A stretch of DNA of 64,000 bases from NCBI GenBank assembly GCA_021780195.1, contig JAJXZE010000001.1, forward strand, positions 1,603 to 65,602, read 5' to 3'. The notes beneath the pieces are model-generated. The model was given only the letters and a program-made list of their open reading frames with translations. It was not told the origin of the DNA and made no database searches. Made by a program: the position numbers and the translations under genes. The DNA is from a bacterium (GTDB lineage Bacteria > Patescibacteriota > Minisyncoccia > UBA6257 > 2-01-FULL-56-20). Of the stretch, positions 1 through 9,862 are shown one piece after another. Each line of letters opens with the position of its first letter. Positions within the stretch are counted from its first letter, which is position 1.

Positions 1-434
1 GTGTATTTGAGAACTTCGGTTACTTTGATGAGGAGTTTAATATGGCCGATGATTGGGAGATGTGGATACGCCTCGCGGCGCAAGGCGTATCGTTCGCCTC
101 AATCCATGAGCCCCTTTTTAAATATCATATTCATGGCACCAATATAACTAAAACCATAGCTACGGGAAAGATGATAAAAGACCTGGAGTATTTAGCGATA
201 AAGCACGAATCTCTTTATAGCAGATATCCTCGCGCCAGATCAAGAATGATGGCATATCTTGGGAAGCTTTATGCCGACGATGGAGAGCTGACGCGGGCGC
301 AAAGTATACTGAAGCAAGCAATAGTTCTGGATAGAGCCAACTGGAAAGCATATGTCACCCTCCTCATCTCGAGTCTTGGGATAAAGACATACCGTCGAGC
401 TGCGTCGGCGATAAAATTTTTCAGAGGTAGCTAA
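1..434 (+). CDS. glycosyltransferase family 2, C-terminal fragment (5' end lies upstream of window)
   Basis: Frame-3 translation from position 3 reads VFENFGYFDEEFNMADDWEMWIRL..., the typical GT2 C-terminal region; the 42..434 ORF continues this frame to its stop. Confidence 0.55.
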   Translation, partial: VFENFGYFDEEFNMADDWEMWIRLAAQGVSFASIHEPLFKYHIHGTNITKTIATGKMIKDLEYLAIKHESLYSRYPRARSRMMAYLGKLYADDGELTRAQSILKQAIVLDRANWKAYVTLLISSLGIKTYRRAASAIKFFRGS

Positions 435-435
435 A

Positions 436-1212
436 ATGGGGAGCATTAAGAAGGCGATAAGAATTTTGAGAGAAAGAGGCGTACGGGTCTTTTTTGATAA
501 GATTATTAATCGGCTACGATTAGCGTTCCGCCCTATCTATATAAAATTTTTTATCTCAGGCAGAGAGATGGGTATGATAAAAGAACTTAGTGAGTTTGAT
601 GCGAGAGACTGTGACGCCGTTTTCACTTTCATCACTAAAAAATATTTTGGGATATTTAGTGCCATGCAAATCAAGAATGAGTTTATAAAATTGCTCAAGA
701 GAATTGAACGCAAGCACCCAAAATACGTACTTGAGGTGGGAACGGCCAATGGCGGAGCCCTTTTCTGCTTCGCCAAACTTGCGTCAGATGATGCCGTGGT
801 GATCAGCATCGATTTGCCGGAGGGTAAATTTGGAGGAGGCTACGAGAAATGGCGCGCGCCATTCTTTGGAGCGTTTCGCAGAAACGGGCAGAAGATATTT
901 CTTCTAAGAGAGGATTCCCACGCACCCGCAACGTTAGAACGCGTGAAAGAAATTTTGGGAGGGCGGCAGCTCGACTTCCTCTTTATTGATGGCGATCATA
1001 CCTATAGTGGAGTGAAACAGGACTTTGACATGTACCGCCCATTGGTCAAAAAAGGAGGCGTGGTCGCTTTTCATGATATCGTGGATGGTTTTGAGGAGTA
1101 TGTTGGCGGCGTGCCTAGATTTTGGCGAGAGCTGAAGGTTGGTTGTGACTATGAAGAATTTGTTCAGGATTGGGAGCAGGGCGGCTATGGCATTGGCATT
1201 TTGTCAGTGTAG
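436..1212 (+). CDS. class I SAM-dependent methyltransferase (TylF/MycF-like O-methyltransferase fold)
   Basis: VLEVGTANGG ... FLFIDGDHTYSGVKQDF ... GGVVAFHDI motifs; sits inside a glycosyltransferase locus. Confidence 0.6.
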   Translation: MGSIKKAIRILRERGVRVFFDKIINRLRLAFRPIYIKFFISGREMGMIKELSEFDARDCDAVFTFITKKYFGIFSAMQIKNEFIKLLKRIERKHPKYVLEVGTANGGALFCFAKLASDDAVVISIDLPEGKFGGGYEKWRAPFFGAFRRNGQKIFLLREDSHAPATLERVKEILGGRQLDFLFIDGDHTYSGVKQDFDMYRPLVKKGGVVAFHDIVDGFEEYVGGVPRFWRELKVGCDYEEFVQDWEQGGYGIGILSV

Positions 1213-1282
1213 CGCGGATAAATGATGTGCCAAGAGCCGAGCCTCCGTTCCAATAGGCGTGGATTGGAGGTACTATTAAGAT

Positions 1283-2314
1283 ATGTCGGCTTCTCAGGAA
1301 GAGAAACATTTGCGAGAAAATAACGTGCAGGTGCCAAAAATTTCCGTCGTCATTCCTTCTTACAACGGGGAGGCATTCATAGGCAAGGCAATTCGCAGTG
1401 TTCTCAATCAGACCTTCCAGGATTTTGAGGTTCTCGTAGTAGATGATTGTTCGACGGATGGCACCCGGGACGAGGTACGGAGATTTGAGGCAATCGATAA
1501 AAGAGTGCGCCTATTTACCCTTAAAAAAAACTCCGGCGGCCCAGCTAGTCCGAGCAATCTTGGTATAGGGAAAAGCCGAGGAGAGTATGTATCATATCTT
1601 GATCAGGATGATATATATCTCCCAGACAGTCTCGAAAAAAGATGGCGCGTCTTGCAGGGAGCCAAGACCGACGTGCTGATCGCTAACATGTGGGTCGTGG
1701 ATTTGCGGAGCAATAAGTTTATCGATTACCTCAACTCAAACTTTTCCAGCTTTATTATTTCTAGAAAAATGTTTGATAAGGGTGAAATCGGGTTGCTGAG
1801 CGAAGAGGCATCCGGCATAGATGAATATGAATGGTCGCTGAGATATAGATTGAAAAATGGAGGAGAAAGAATTCGTTATTTTGAGGAACCCGCGGTGCTT
1901 TACGCTAGGCATCCAGGGCAGATGTCGGAAAGTCACTATTCAGAAAAATCAATCAAGGATTTTCTTAGAAGAGATTTCGTGGTTTTAAAATGGGCGGAAA
2001 TGGGCGGAAACGACTTTCGAGTCGATCTGGCTTGGATTTATTTTTGGATTGGTTACCGATATGGGCTTCTTGGAGAGTTTGATCACTCAAGACGATATTT
2101 AGAGAAATCGCTGGACAATGGAGCGTCTCTTGTTGCTCGGACATTTCTCCTCGTCGGCCTCGTAAGAAGCAGGCCTCTCTATGTCGCGGTCGACAAGGCG
2201 GCCAAATGGATAAAAAAAATATTTATAAAACGATGGAGGCTTAATAGTATGGTGAAGAAATATCCCGCATCATATCGAGACGCACTCGCCTTTTATGGAA
2301 AGATAACCTCCTAA
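1283..2314 (+). CDS. glycosyltransferase family 2 (copy 1 of tandem pair)
   Basis: KISVVIPSYNGEAFIGKAIRSVLNQTFQDFEVLVVDDCSTDGT signature (DxD-type GT-A); an alternative GTG start at 1331 would give a MPKISVV N-terminus identical to copy 2. Confidence 0.8.
   Translation: MSASQEEKHLRENNVQVPKISVVIPSYNGEAFIGKAIRSVLNQTFQDFEVLVVDDCSTDGTRDEVRRFEAIDKRVRLFTLKKNSGGPASPSNLGIGKSRGEYVSYLDQDDIYLPDSLEKRWRVLQGAKTDVLIANMWVVDLRSNKFIDYLNSNFSSFIISRKMFDKGEIGLLSEEASGIDEYEWSLRYRLKNGGERIRYFEEPAVLYARHPGQMSESHYSEKSIKDFLRRDFVVLKWAEMGGNDFRVDLAWIYFWIGYRYGLLGEFDHSRRYLEKSLDNGASLVARTFLLVGLVRSRPLYVAVDKAAKWIKKIFIKRWRLNSMVKKYPASYRDALAFYGKITS
1332..1485 (+). repeat. approx 152-bp near-identical direct repeat shared with 2318..2471 (one mismatch), covering the first ~50 codons of two adjacent GT2 genes
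   Basis: Direct nucleotide comparison of the two gene 5' ends: identical except ccag/ccaa, diverging after gaggtacggagatt. Confidence 0.85.
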
Positions 2315-2316
2315 AT

Positions 2317-3288
2317 ATGCCAAAAATTTCCGTCGTCATTCCTTCTTACAACGGGGAGGCATTCATAGGCAAGGCAATTCGCAGTGTTCTCAATCAGACC
2401 TTCCAAGATTTTGAGGTTCTCGTAGTAGATGATTGTTCGACGGATGGCACCCGGGACGAGGTACGGAGATTACAGAAGAAAGACGCTAGGATCAACTTAA
2501 TAGGATTAAACAAAAATACGGGTGGTCCAGCATCGCCGCGAACGTTAGGATGCAAGGCGGCGCGCGGAGAACTGATTGCATTTATCGATCAAGATGATAT
2601 TTTTTACCCACATTATTTGGAGGCGAAGTTTGATTTTTTTAGAAATCACCCAAATATAAATTTTCTGGCAAGCTGGGCTTGGACGTTTGATCCTGATTCA
2701 AAAAAAATCATCAATTGTGAATATGGCGGACCAGTTAACACCATGATTCGCGCAGAGATTTTAAAAACTATTAATTATTTCGATCCCAGAGAGACCGGTG
2801 TCGATGATTCGGGTATGTGGTACCGTTATCTGGTGCATTATGGCTCGCGTGCAAGTGCTTATGTGGAGTTGGCTCCGTTGACACTATATGCACGCTATGC
2901 TGGGCAAGGTTCGGACGTGGAGAGTAAGGACTTTAAAGAACTAGCAGAGAAGCTCAAGATGATTATTGGTGCATACTATGGTGAAGGAAACGGGGAAGTA
3001 TTCGCCTTTGTTTCTTCTCTCAAGTCGCGCATTGGCAATTTTTTATGCTTGTCGGGCGACGTTAAGCAAGGAAAGGGATATTTTAGGGAGTCCTTAAGAT
3101 TGCGATTCACATTTTTTGCATTTGGATTATTGTTAATGTCTACTTTTGCTCCACGGCATTATAGACGAACTGAGGCCCTCTTGAGAAAATTTCAAAGAAG
3201 CGTGGTGTGGCGCGCGAACGTTTTTATAAAATGGTTAAAGTATCGAAAAAGCTACACAGAAGCCCGGGCCATTTTATCTCAATACTGA
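2317..3288 (+). CDS. glycosyltransferase family 2 (copy 2 of tandem pair)
   Basis: N-terminal 50 aa identical to the preceding GT2; DDCSTDG motif; stop overlaps the next start (TGATGA). Confidence 0.8.
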   Translation: MPKISVVIPSYNGEAFIGKAIRSVLNQTFQDFEVLVVDDCSTDGTRDEVRRLQKKDARINLIGLNKNTGGPASPRTLGCKAARGELIAFIDQDDIFYPHYLEAKFDFFRNHPNINFLASWAWTFDPDSKKIINCEYGGPVNTMIRAEILKTINYFDPRETGVDDSGMWYRYLVHYGSRASAYVELAPLTLYARYAGQGSDVESKDFKELAEKLKMIIGAYYGEGNGEVFAFVSSLKSRIGNFLCLSGDVKQGKGYFRESLRLRFTFFAFGLLLMSTFAPRHYRRTEALLRKFQRSVVWRANVFIKWLKYRKSYTEARAILSQY

Positions 3289-4385
3289 TGAAAGTTTTAT
3301 TGGTTCATGGAACGAATTTGGTGTCGGGTGGAGAGGCGGTTTCCCTTGGGATTGCGAAGACGTTGGGGAAACATAACTTTGTTTTTTTTCTCCCAGGGAA
3401 GCCAGGGGACGAAAATCTCTTCCTGACATTCGGCGTCTATTATCCCTATCGCCGTGGTCTAGTTCGACTGATAAGGCGTCTGATTGAGGTGATGCGCAAA
3501 GAAAAACCTGATATTGTTCATGCACAAGGCTTACGAGCGGCGGCACTAGTAAAGGTGGCTTATTATCTCTCGGGGAAAAAAGGGAAATTTATCTATACCC
3601 TGCATGGAATTCATTTTATACGCAAGCAACTGCCGGCCCGAGTCGCATTTCTCCTTTTTGAGAAGGTTACCAATAAACTGGTTGACGCCCTAGTTTGTGT
3701 CGGGAGGGATGATTTTGAATTGGCGAAGACCCTGCATTTGGTCAGTAGTGAAAAGCTGTTCTTGATAAGGAATGGTATAAATTTGAGAGACGTAAAAAAC
3801 ACTCGTAGTGGGCATGTAGAGACGGGCTCTTGCAAGGAAGATCAAGTTGTCATCACCACGGTCTGCCGGCTCCACCATCAAAAAGATGTCGGGAGTCTTA
3901 TCGAGGCAGTTTCCATGCTTAGGGAAAATGGAGTAATGCTTTTGATAGTTGGTGATGGCCCAGAGCGGTCTCAGTTGGAGATGCTCAGTGCCAGTCTTTG
4001 CTTGGATGGCCGCATCAATTTTCTCGGGAATAGAAGTGACGTTGATCAAATTCTTTCCATAACAGACATTTTTGTATTGTCGACTCACTGGGAAGGCCTC
4101 CCTCTCGTTGTTCTAGAAGCCTGGGCACACAAAAAACCGGTTATAGCTTCCAAGGTACACGGGGTAAAGGACCTCATTAATGATGGAGATAATGGTCTGC
4201 TATTTGATGAGAGTGCCCCACGCGATTTATCAGAAAAAATAATATCGATTTTGAAAAATAGAGATCTAGGGGTGAGGCTTGGAGAGAATGGTTACCATCT
4301 CGTGAAAGCGCAATACGCATTAGAAATAATGGCAAAAAACTATGATGCGTTATATGCAAAAATATTGTGTTCTTCGGATAGGTAA
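3288..4385 (+). CDS. glycosyltransferase family 4 (GT-B fold)
   Basis: MKVLLVHGTNLVSGGE N-terminus and EGLPLVVLEAWAHKKPVIASKVHGVKDLINDGDNGLLF C-terminal GT4 motif; ATG at 3288 chosen rather than the upstream ORF-track extension. Confidence 0.8.
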   Translation: MKVLLVHGTNLVSGGEAVSLGIAKTLGKHNFVFFLPGKPGDENLFLTFGVYYPYRRGLVRLIRRLIEVMRKEKPDIVHAQGLRAAALVKVAYYLSGKKGKFIYTLHGIHFIRKQLPARVAFLLFEKVTNKLVDALVCVGRDDFELAKTLHLVSSEKLFLIRNGINLRDVKNTRSGHVETGSCKEDQVVITTVCRLHHQKDVGSLIEAVSMLRENGVMLLIVGDGPERSQLEMLSASLCLDGRINFLGNRSDVDQILSITDIFVLSTHWEGLPLVVLEAWAHKKPVIASKVHGVKDLINDGDNGLLFDESAPRDLSEKIISILKNRDLGVRLGENGYHLVKAQYALEIMAKNYDALYAKILCSSDR

Positions 4386-5485
4386 TGAAAATTCTTCAGG
4401 TCAATAAACTCTATTCTCCCTGGATCGGCGGGATTGAGACGGTGGCGCAGGATATCGCCGAACATTTTCACGGCAGGGATGGTGCGAGGGTGGTGAATCT
4501 TGTGTGCCAGCCGAGCGGTGCGCGAAAAATCGGGGGAGTGAACGGGGTGCCGACGTATCGCGCGGCGAGTTTTGGAATGGCGTTCGGCATGCCGCTCTCT
4601 CTCGATTTTTTCCGTTTGTTCAAAAAACTTTCCGCGGACGCCGATGTGATTATTCTACACCACCCGTTTCCGATCGCTTTCATCGCGTACCGCCTCTTCG
4701 GGAAGGGGAAAAGAGTGATCGTATGGTATCACTCCGATATCGTGAGGCAAAATATCGCGAAGGCACCGTTTATGCCATTCATCCGCGCCGTGCTTGCCGC
4801 CGCGGAACACATCCTCGTGTCGAATGAAGCCATCATTAAGCATTCCGCCGTCCTAAAAAAGTTTTCCGATAAATGCCGCGTCGTCCGTTTCGGTGTTGAC
4901 CCTGCGAGATTTCGGGAGACAGGCGCGATAGAAAAAGCGGAGGACGAAATAAGGAATGAGTATGGATCGCCGCTCATTCTCTCCGTGGGTCGCCTTGTCT
5001 ATTATAAGGGCTACTCTTATTTGATCGATGCGATAAAGGACGTTCCGGCGCACCTGCTGATCGTCGGGAGCGGGCCCTTACGTGCCGCCCTTAACGCTCA
5101 AATCAGGCGTAATGGCATGGGCGATAAGGTATTTATCGTGGGATCCGTCGACGACCTTGTCCCGTATTATCACGCATGCGACGTCTTTGCGTTGCCCTCG
5201 TGCGAACCTTCCGAGATGTTCGGCATCGTGCAGATTGAGGCCATGGCGTGCGGCAAGCCGGTCGTGAACACCGCACTTCCGACGGGCGTACCCGAAGTAA
5301 GCGTTGACGGGAGAACCGGAAAGACCGTCCCGCCGAAAGATGCCCCCGCACTTGCGGAAGCGCTACGGGAGATTTTATCCAATAAAGACGAGTATGACCG
5401 CTTTTCCGCGAATGCCACAAGGGAAGTTGCGGCGAGATTTACGAAGGAGAAATTTTTTGCCGAGATGGAGCACTATCTCTCCTAG
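4385..5485 (+). CDS. glycosyltransferase family 4
   Basis: MKILQVNKLYSPWIGGIE ... EPSEMFGIVQIEAMACGKPVVNT (EX7E-type GT4 motif). Confidence 0.8.
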   Translation: MKILQVNKLYSPWIGGIETVAQDIAEHFHGRDGARVVNLVCQPSGARKIGGVNGVPTYRAASFGMAFGMPLSLDFFRLFKKLSADADVIILHHPFPIAFIAYRLFGKGKRVIVWYHSDIVRQNIAKAPFMPFIRAVLAAAEHILVSNEAIIKHSAVLKKFSDKCRVVRFGVDPARFRETGAIEKAEDEIRNEYGSPLILSVGRLVYYKGYSYLIDAIKDVPAHLLIVGSGPLRAALNAQIRRNGMGDKVFIVGSVDDLVPYYHACDVFALPSCEPSEMFGIVQIEAMACGKPVVNTALPTGVPEVSVDGRTGKTVPPKDAPALAEALREILSNKDEYDRFSANATREVAARFTKEKFFAEMEHYLS

Positions 5486-6966
5486 TCGGCCGATATTATA
5501 CGGGCGGGCATCAGCGTGTGCTTTATCTCCGCGAGCAGGGGCTCCCGGAAGGCCGCGAGGAGCGCGACATAAATCAGCGCGGAAGCGGCAATATTCACTG
5601 CAACATTGGCGCCGAGCGCGGCAAGGAGCGTGGTCGTCCCGGCCATCACGACGCCCGCCACGACGACCTTCTTGAGTTGCGGCATCACGGAAAAGTAATT
5701 GATTTTTTTCATGATGTGCCAGAGGTACCAGTTGACGGCGATCTGAGTGGCGAGCGTGCCGAACGCGGACCCCGCCATCCCGAAGCGGGGAATAAGGATG
5801 AGGTCGAGGCCGACGTTCATCACGCCTGCAAGAAGGGAGGTTTTGATGAGGCTTTTCTGGTGGTCATAGGCGAAGATCGCGCCGCTCACGATAGTTGCGG
5901 GAAAGTCGACGAGCATGGTAATCACAAGGATCTGAAACGGGAAAGTTCCGGGGAGATATGCTCCGCCAAAGATAAGACCGAGAATCGGGGCGGCGAGTAT
6001 CGCCCCGCCAAGGGCCATCGGTATTGAAAAGACAAAGGTAAATCCCACGGTACGCTCAAGGACTGTGCGGAATCTCGCTTTTTCCCCGCCATGAACGAGA
6101 CGCGCGAGGAGCGGCATGGTGCTGAATTGGAAAATGACGGGGAGAAGATAGAGAATCTGCACAATGCGGATCGCGGCGGAATAGATGCCGACCTCGGAAG
6201 CGTCCCGCATCCAGCTCAGGATAAGGATGTCCATGTTCGTGAGGAGGAGTCCCAGCGCGCCCGTGACGGCAAATGGCCATGCCGAGGTGAGGATGGGCTT
6301 TACGAGCGCCTTCGAAAACGAAGCGAAGATATTCTTGAGATATTTACGGAGCACGGCCGCCGCCGCGAGCGCGCCCGCCACGGTGCCCAGCGTATATGCC
6401 CAGCCGAGGGAAAGCGGCGAGGGCGATACGGCAAGGAAGGCGAAGCCGAAGACCACGATCATAAGATTCGTGAAAAGGAAAATTGCGGTTTCCCACTCCA
6501 TCTTTTCGCGCCCGCGGAGGAAGGCGGACAGGAAGTCGCGCGTGCTGTCGAAGGCGATGATGAGTGCCACAATGGGGAGGAGGGCGTCGGCGCCGGGCAA
6601 GGTGCTGAAGTATGGGCCGACGAAGATTACGAGGAGAACGATAACGGCGACGAGGACGAGTTTCATTACAAGCGTTGTTGCAAGGATGCGTCGCTCTTCC
6701 TGCTCGTTTTGCGCCTTGGGGGTTTCTCTCATCACCATGGCGTTCACGCCCGGGTCGATGAAGAGCGTGAGGAATCCCGCAAGCGTGAGGGCATACGAAA
6801 ACACGCCGTATCCCGCGGTACCGAGGACGCGGGCGGCGTAAATGATGATCACAGCCTTGAGCGCCCGCCCGCCGAAGTTCGTGACGGCGAGCCAGAAGCT
6901 GTTCTTGGCTACGGTCTGCTTTGCGGTCTTGTTCTCGAAGAGGAATGATTTTATCCGGCGTATCAT
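5482..6966 (-). CDS. oligosaccharide/polysaccharide flippase (Wzx-like, MOP superfamily)
   Basis: 494-aa multi-pass membrane protein, N-terminus KNSFWLAVTNFGGRALKAVIIIYAARVLGTAGYGVFS typical of polysaccharide biosynthesis flippases. Confidence 0.75.
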   Translation of the reverse strand: MIRRIKSFLFENKTAKQTVAKNSFWLAVTNFGGRALKAVIIIYAARVLGTAGYGVFSYALTLAGFLTLFIDPGVNAMVMRETPKAQNEQEERRILATTLVMKLVLVAVIVLLVIFVGPYFSTLPGADALLPIVALIIAFDSTRDFLSAFLRGREKMEWETAIFLFTNLMIVVFGFAFLAVSPSPLSLGWAYTLGTVAGALAAAAVLRKYLKNIFASFSKALVKPILTSAWPFAVTGALGLLLTNMDILILSWMRDASEVGIYSAAIRIVQILYLLPVIFQFSTMPLLARLVHGGEKARFRTVLERTVGFTFVFSIPMALGGAILAAPILGLIFGGAYLPGTFPFQILVITMLVDFPATIVSGAIFAYDHQKSLIKTSLLAGVMNVGLDLILIPRFGMAGSAFGTLATQIAVNWYLWHIMKKINYFSVMPQLKKVVVAGVVMAGTTTLLAALGANVAVNIAASALIYVALLAAFREPLLAEIKHTLMPARIISAD

Positions 6967-7018
6967 GCGATATAATAGTACGATGAAGCGCGGGGAAATC
7001 CCAGCCGCGCCGCCGCGC

Positions 7019-8362
7019 CTATTCCGGATTCACGAAAAGCGATTTCAGCGTCCGGAGAACGATCGCGAGGTCGAGGATCGGCGAGCGGTGCTTGAGATAA
7101 TAGATGTCGTACCGGAGCTTTTCGCGCACGTCGTCCGTCGTGCGGTCGGCGCGGTGGTTGATCTGCGCCCAGCCGGTCACGCCCGGGAGCGCGAGGAGGC
7201 GCACTTCGTAGAAGGGGACTTCGGCGCGGAGCTTTTCCACGAACTCGGGGCGCTCGGGGCGCGGGCCGACGAAGGAGAGATCGCCGCGCACGATGTTCCA
7301 GAGTTGGGGGAGCTCGTCGAGATGCGAGGTGCGGAGGAAGCGTCCGAAGGCCGTGATGCGCGGGTCGTGTGCGCCGTCCGCCCACCGGGCGCCGGTGCCC
7401 GCTTCGGCATCCGTGCGCATGGTACGGAACTTGTAGAGCGTGAAACGGCGTCCGTGCGCGCCCACGCGCGTCTGGCGGTAGATCGCGGGGCCGCGGGAGG
7501 TGACCGCGACGAGAAGCGCGATCGCGAGCTCGATGGGGAGAAGCGCAACGCCGATCGCGAGCGCGGCCGCGAATTCGATGCCGCGCTTGAACTGGTCATA
7601 GAAGCGTGCGGCGCCTTCGATGTTCTCGAGGAACCAGGTCTCTTCGACTTCGTCGAGCGGTACTTTCCGCATGACGGTTTCGTAGAGCGTTTCCACGTCC
7701 GTGACGGAGATGCCGCGGCCGAAAAGGGCGTAGAGTGCGGGGGCGAGCGCGCGGCGGCGCTTGAGCGCCGCGGGAACCGCAATGAGATTCGCCCGTGTTT
7801 CCGCGACGAGCGCCGCGAGGCGCTTCGGATCGCGCGCGGCTTCATCCTCGGCGAGCCGTGCGACGACCGCGTAGCCGAGCTGGACATTCGCCGTGAGGGT
7901 ATCCTCGATTTCCGCCGCCGCGCCGCCGTCGCCCACGAGGAGCAGGCGGTTCGGCGCCTCTCCCGACGCCGTCATGCGGTTGAAGAAGCGCCGCCAGAGC
8001 GCCTCAATGACGGCGAAGAGCACGAGGAAGATGAAAAGGTTCGTTTTCGGCGCGATGCCGAACGACGGCACGAGATAAAAGAGGAGCGAGGCGATGAGCG
8101 CGTTCGCGACGAGCGCGAGGGAGAGTGTTTTCAGGAAGTCGAGATTGTTGCGGAGGCGGCGGAGGTCGTAGAGGCCGGCGATGTAGAACACAAGGAGCCA
8201 GGGAATGAAGACGATGGTGAAGGGCGCCGCATGGATGTCCACGAACTGGCGCCAGAAGGCGCCATCATAGCGGATGAAGAGCGTGGCGAGGAGCGCGGCG
8301 TAAAGGAGTACGGCGTCGCCCGCAAAGAGGAGGAAAACCTTCAATTTACTGCCGCGGTTCAT
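7019..8362 (-). CDS. undecaprenyl-phosphate sugar phosphotransferase (WbaP/bacterial sugar transferase family, priming enzyme)
   Basis: C-terminal domain PAIYRQTRVGAHGRRFTLYKFRTMRTDAE ... ITAFGRFLRTSHLDELPQLWNIVRGDLSFVGPRPERPEF. Confidence 0.85.
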   Translation of the reverse strand: MNRGSKLKVFLLFAGDAVLLYAALLATLFIRYDGAFWRQFVDIHAAPFTIVFIPWLLVFYIAGLYDLRRLRNNLDFLKTLSLALVANALIASLLFYLVPSFGIAPKTNLFIFLVLFAVIEALWRRFFNRMTASGEAPNRLLLVGDGGAAAEIEDTLTANVQLGYAVVARLAEDEAARDPKRLAALVAETRANLIAVPAALKRRRALAPALYALFGRGISVTDVETLYETVMRKVPLDEVEETWFLENIEGAARFYDQFKRGIEFAAALAIGVALLPIELAIALLVAVTSRGPAIYRQTRVGAHGRRFTLYKFRTMRTDAEAGTGARWADGAHDPRITAFGRFLRTSHLDELPQLWNIVRGDLSFVGPRPERPEFVEKLRAEVPFYEVRLLALPGVTGWAQINHRADRTTDDVREKLRYDIYYLKHRSPILDLAIVLRTLKSLFVNPE

Positions 8363-8384
8363 GGTGCCCTCTTTGTATCATATT

Positions 8385-9143
8385 TTACCGCCCGGGGGAA
8401 TTCTTTTCCGGCGGTCCCGGCGGAACATATCCTTCGGTATAGGGACGGTGCGTGCGGATGATCCAGAGGAAGTTGAGTCCGTAGGTAATATACAATTTGA
8501 AGATGCCGTCCTTCGCGAGGCGCCTCCCCGAGCCGAGCACGAAGAATCCCATGTCGAATTTTACCTTGCCGACCTTGCTCAGGCGCCGCGCGGTGTCCGT
8601 GTCGTCGCCGTGGAACACAAGCGTCGTGTCGAGGCCGCCGATTTCCGTGAGGGCGTCGCGGCGGGCGACGAGGTTTGCGCCGAGCGCGGCGTACCCGAGG
8701 ATACGGTACGTGATCGGCGCAAATATCCACCAAAGGCCTTCGGCGAGGATCCGCGTGCGGAGGGAGAGGTCATAATAGCGGAAGGGGCCGCTCAGGCAGA
8801 CGAGCTTGGGGTTCGCCGCGAATTCCTTCTGGACTTTGGCGGCCCAGCCGTGGGGGATCCTTGCGTCGGCATCGAGATAGGCGACGAGCTCGCCGCGGGA
8901 TTCCCGGAAGCCGCGCTCGCGCGCCCAGTTCGTCCCGCGCCGCGTTTCTTTGACCACCCGCACACCGGGGATGACGGCCGCTTTTGCGGCGGTTCCGTCC
9001 GTCGAGGCATTGTCCACCACGATTATTTCGAGGAAGTCGGACGTCCAGTGCTTCCGGATGCTTTCGATGCAGGCCTCGATGTACCCCTCTTCGTTATAAG
9101 CCGGAATGACGAAACTGATGGTCATCAGCGGATAGGCTGCCAT
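8385..9143 (-). CDS. glycosyltransferase family 2
   Basis: MTISFVIPAYNEEGYIEACIESI ... YLDADA motifs. Confidence 0.75.
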   Translation of the reverse strand: MAAYPLMTISFVIPAYNEEGYIEACIESIRKHWTSDFLEIIVVDNASTDGTAAKAAVIPGVRVVKETRRGTNWARERGFRESRGELVAYLDADARIPHGWAAKVQKEFAANPKLVCLSGPFRYYDLSLRTRILAEGLWWIFAPITYRILGYAALGANLVARRDALTEIGGLDTTLVFHGDDTDTARRLSKVGKVKFDMGFFVLGSGRRLAKDGIFKLYITYGLNFLWIIRTHRPYTEGYVPPGPPEKNSPGR

Positions 9144-9856
9144 CCGGCATCGGCGGACTTTTTGAATATCCAGACGGAAAGACCGTTCTTAATCCAGCGA
9201 TAGAGCGTTTTCCACGCTCCAAGCTGGTGAAATCGCCGCCCCGAATGGAGCACGCGTAGCTTCCATGTAATATGCGTCTTCCCCGTCGTGCCGAGGCGGC
9301 GGAAGAAATCAATGTCCTCACCGGCGGGCAGGCGCTCGCTGAAACCGCCCACCCTGCGAAACGCATCCGCTTTTACCATTTGGAATTTCCCTGCCGCGAT
9401 GCCAACACGGAAGACGTTGTTCAGGAGCACGAACCAGATATTCATAAGTTCGAAGATGAACCAGTCGCTGGCGGTACGGAATCGGGGATCTACCTCGATG
9501 CGCACCGTGAGGCCCACGAGGCGGGGATTTTTTTCAAAAAAAGATAGCGCCGTTGTGAAAAAAGCGTCGGGATCGAGGATCTCGTCGCCGGAGTCGAGGA
9601 ATACCAGATATTCTCCCACGGCGGCCTTCGCGCCGTTATTGCGGCCGTGGGAAACTCCAGGCGTGTCCCAACGTGCGGTCTGGATCGCTTTGTCGGCACA
9701 GCGCTTTGCAATCGCAAAGGTCCCATCCTTGCTCCGGCTGTCCGAAACGATCACCTCGTGGGGGATCGTGAGAGCGGCAAACTGGCGCACCGTCGCTTCG
9801 ACGGTCTTTTCCTCGTTATAGACCGGGATGATGATGGAGAGAAGAGGGGCCGGCAT
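9125..9856 (-). CDS. glycosyltransferase family 2
   Basis: LSIIIPVYNEEKTVEATVRQ ... VSDSRSKDGT ... FLDSGDE motifs; 19-nt overlap with the downstream GT2. Confidence 0.75.
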   Translation of the reverse strand: MPAPLLSIIIPVYNEEKTVEATVRQFAALTIPHEVIVSDSRSKDGTFAIAKRCADKAIQTARWDTPGVSHGRNNGAKAAVGEYLVFLDSGDEILDPDAFFTTALSFFEKNPRLVGLTVRIEVDPRFRTASDWFIFELMNIWFVLLNNVFRVGIAAGKFQMVKADAFRRVGGFSERLPAGEDIDFFRRLGTTGKTHITWKLRVLHSGRRFHQLGAWKTLYRWIKNGLSVWIFKKSADAGWQPIR

Positions 9857-9862
9857 GGCGGA

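Noticed and set aside
6842-8461. 539-aa plus-strand ORF and other long Arg/Glu/Asp-rich ORFs (23576..25525, 26972..28051, 29468..30328, 35007..36092, 37324..38133, 50211..51290, 52553..53593, 59171..60418, 60713..61738)
   Set aside because: All are antisense or out-of-frame overlaps of confidently assigned genes, with low-complexity charged composition. They are high-GC open-frame artefacts.
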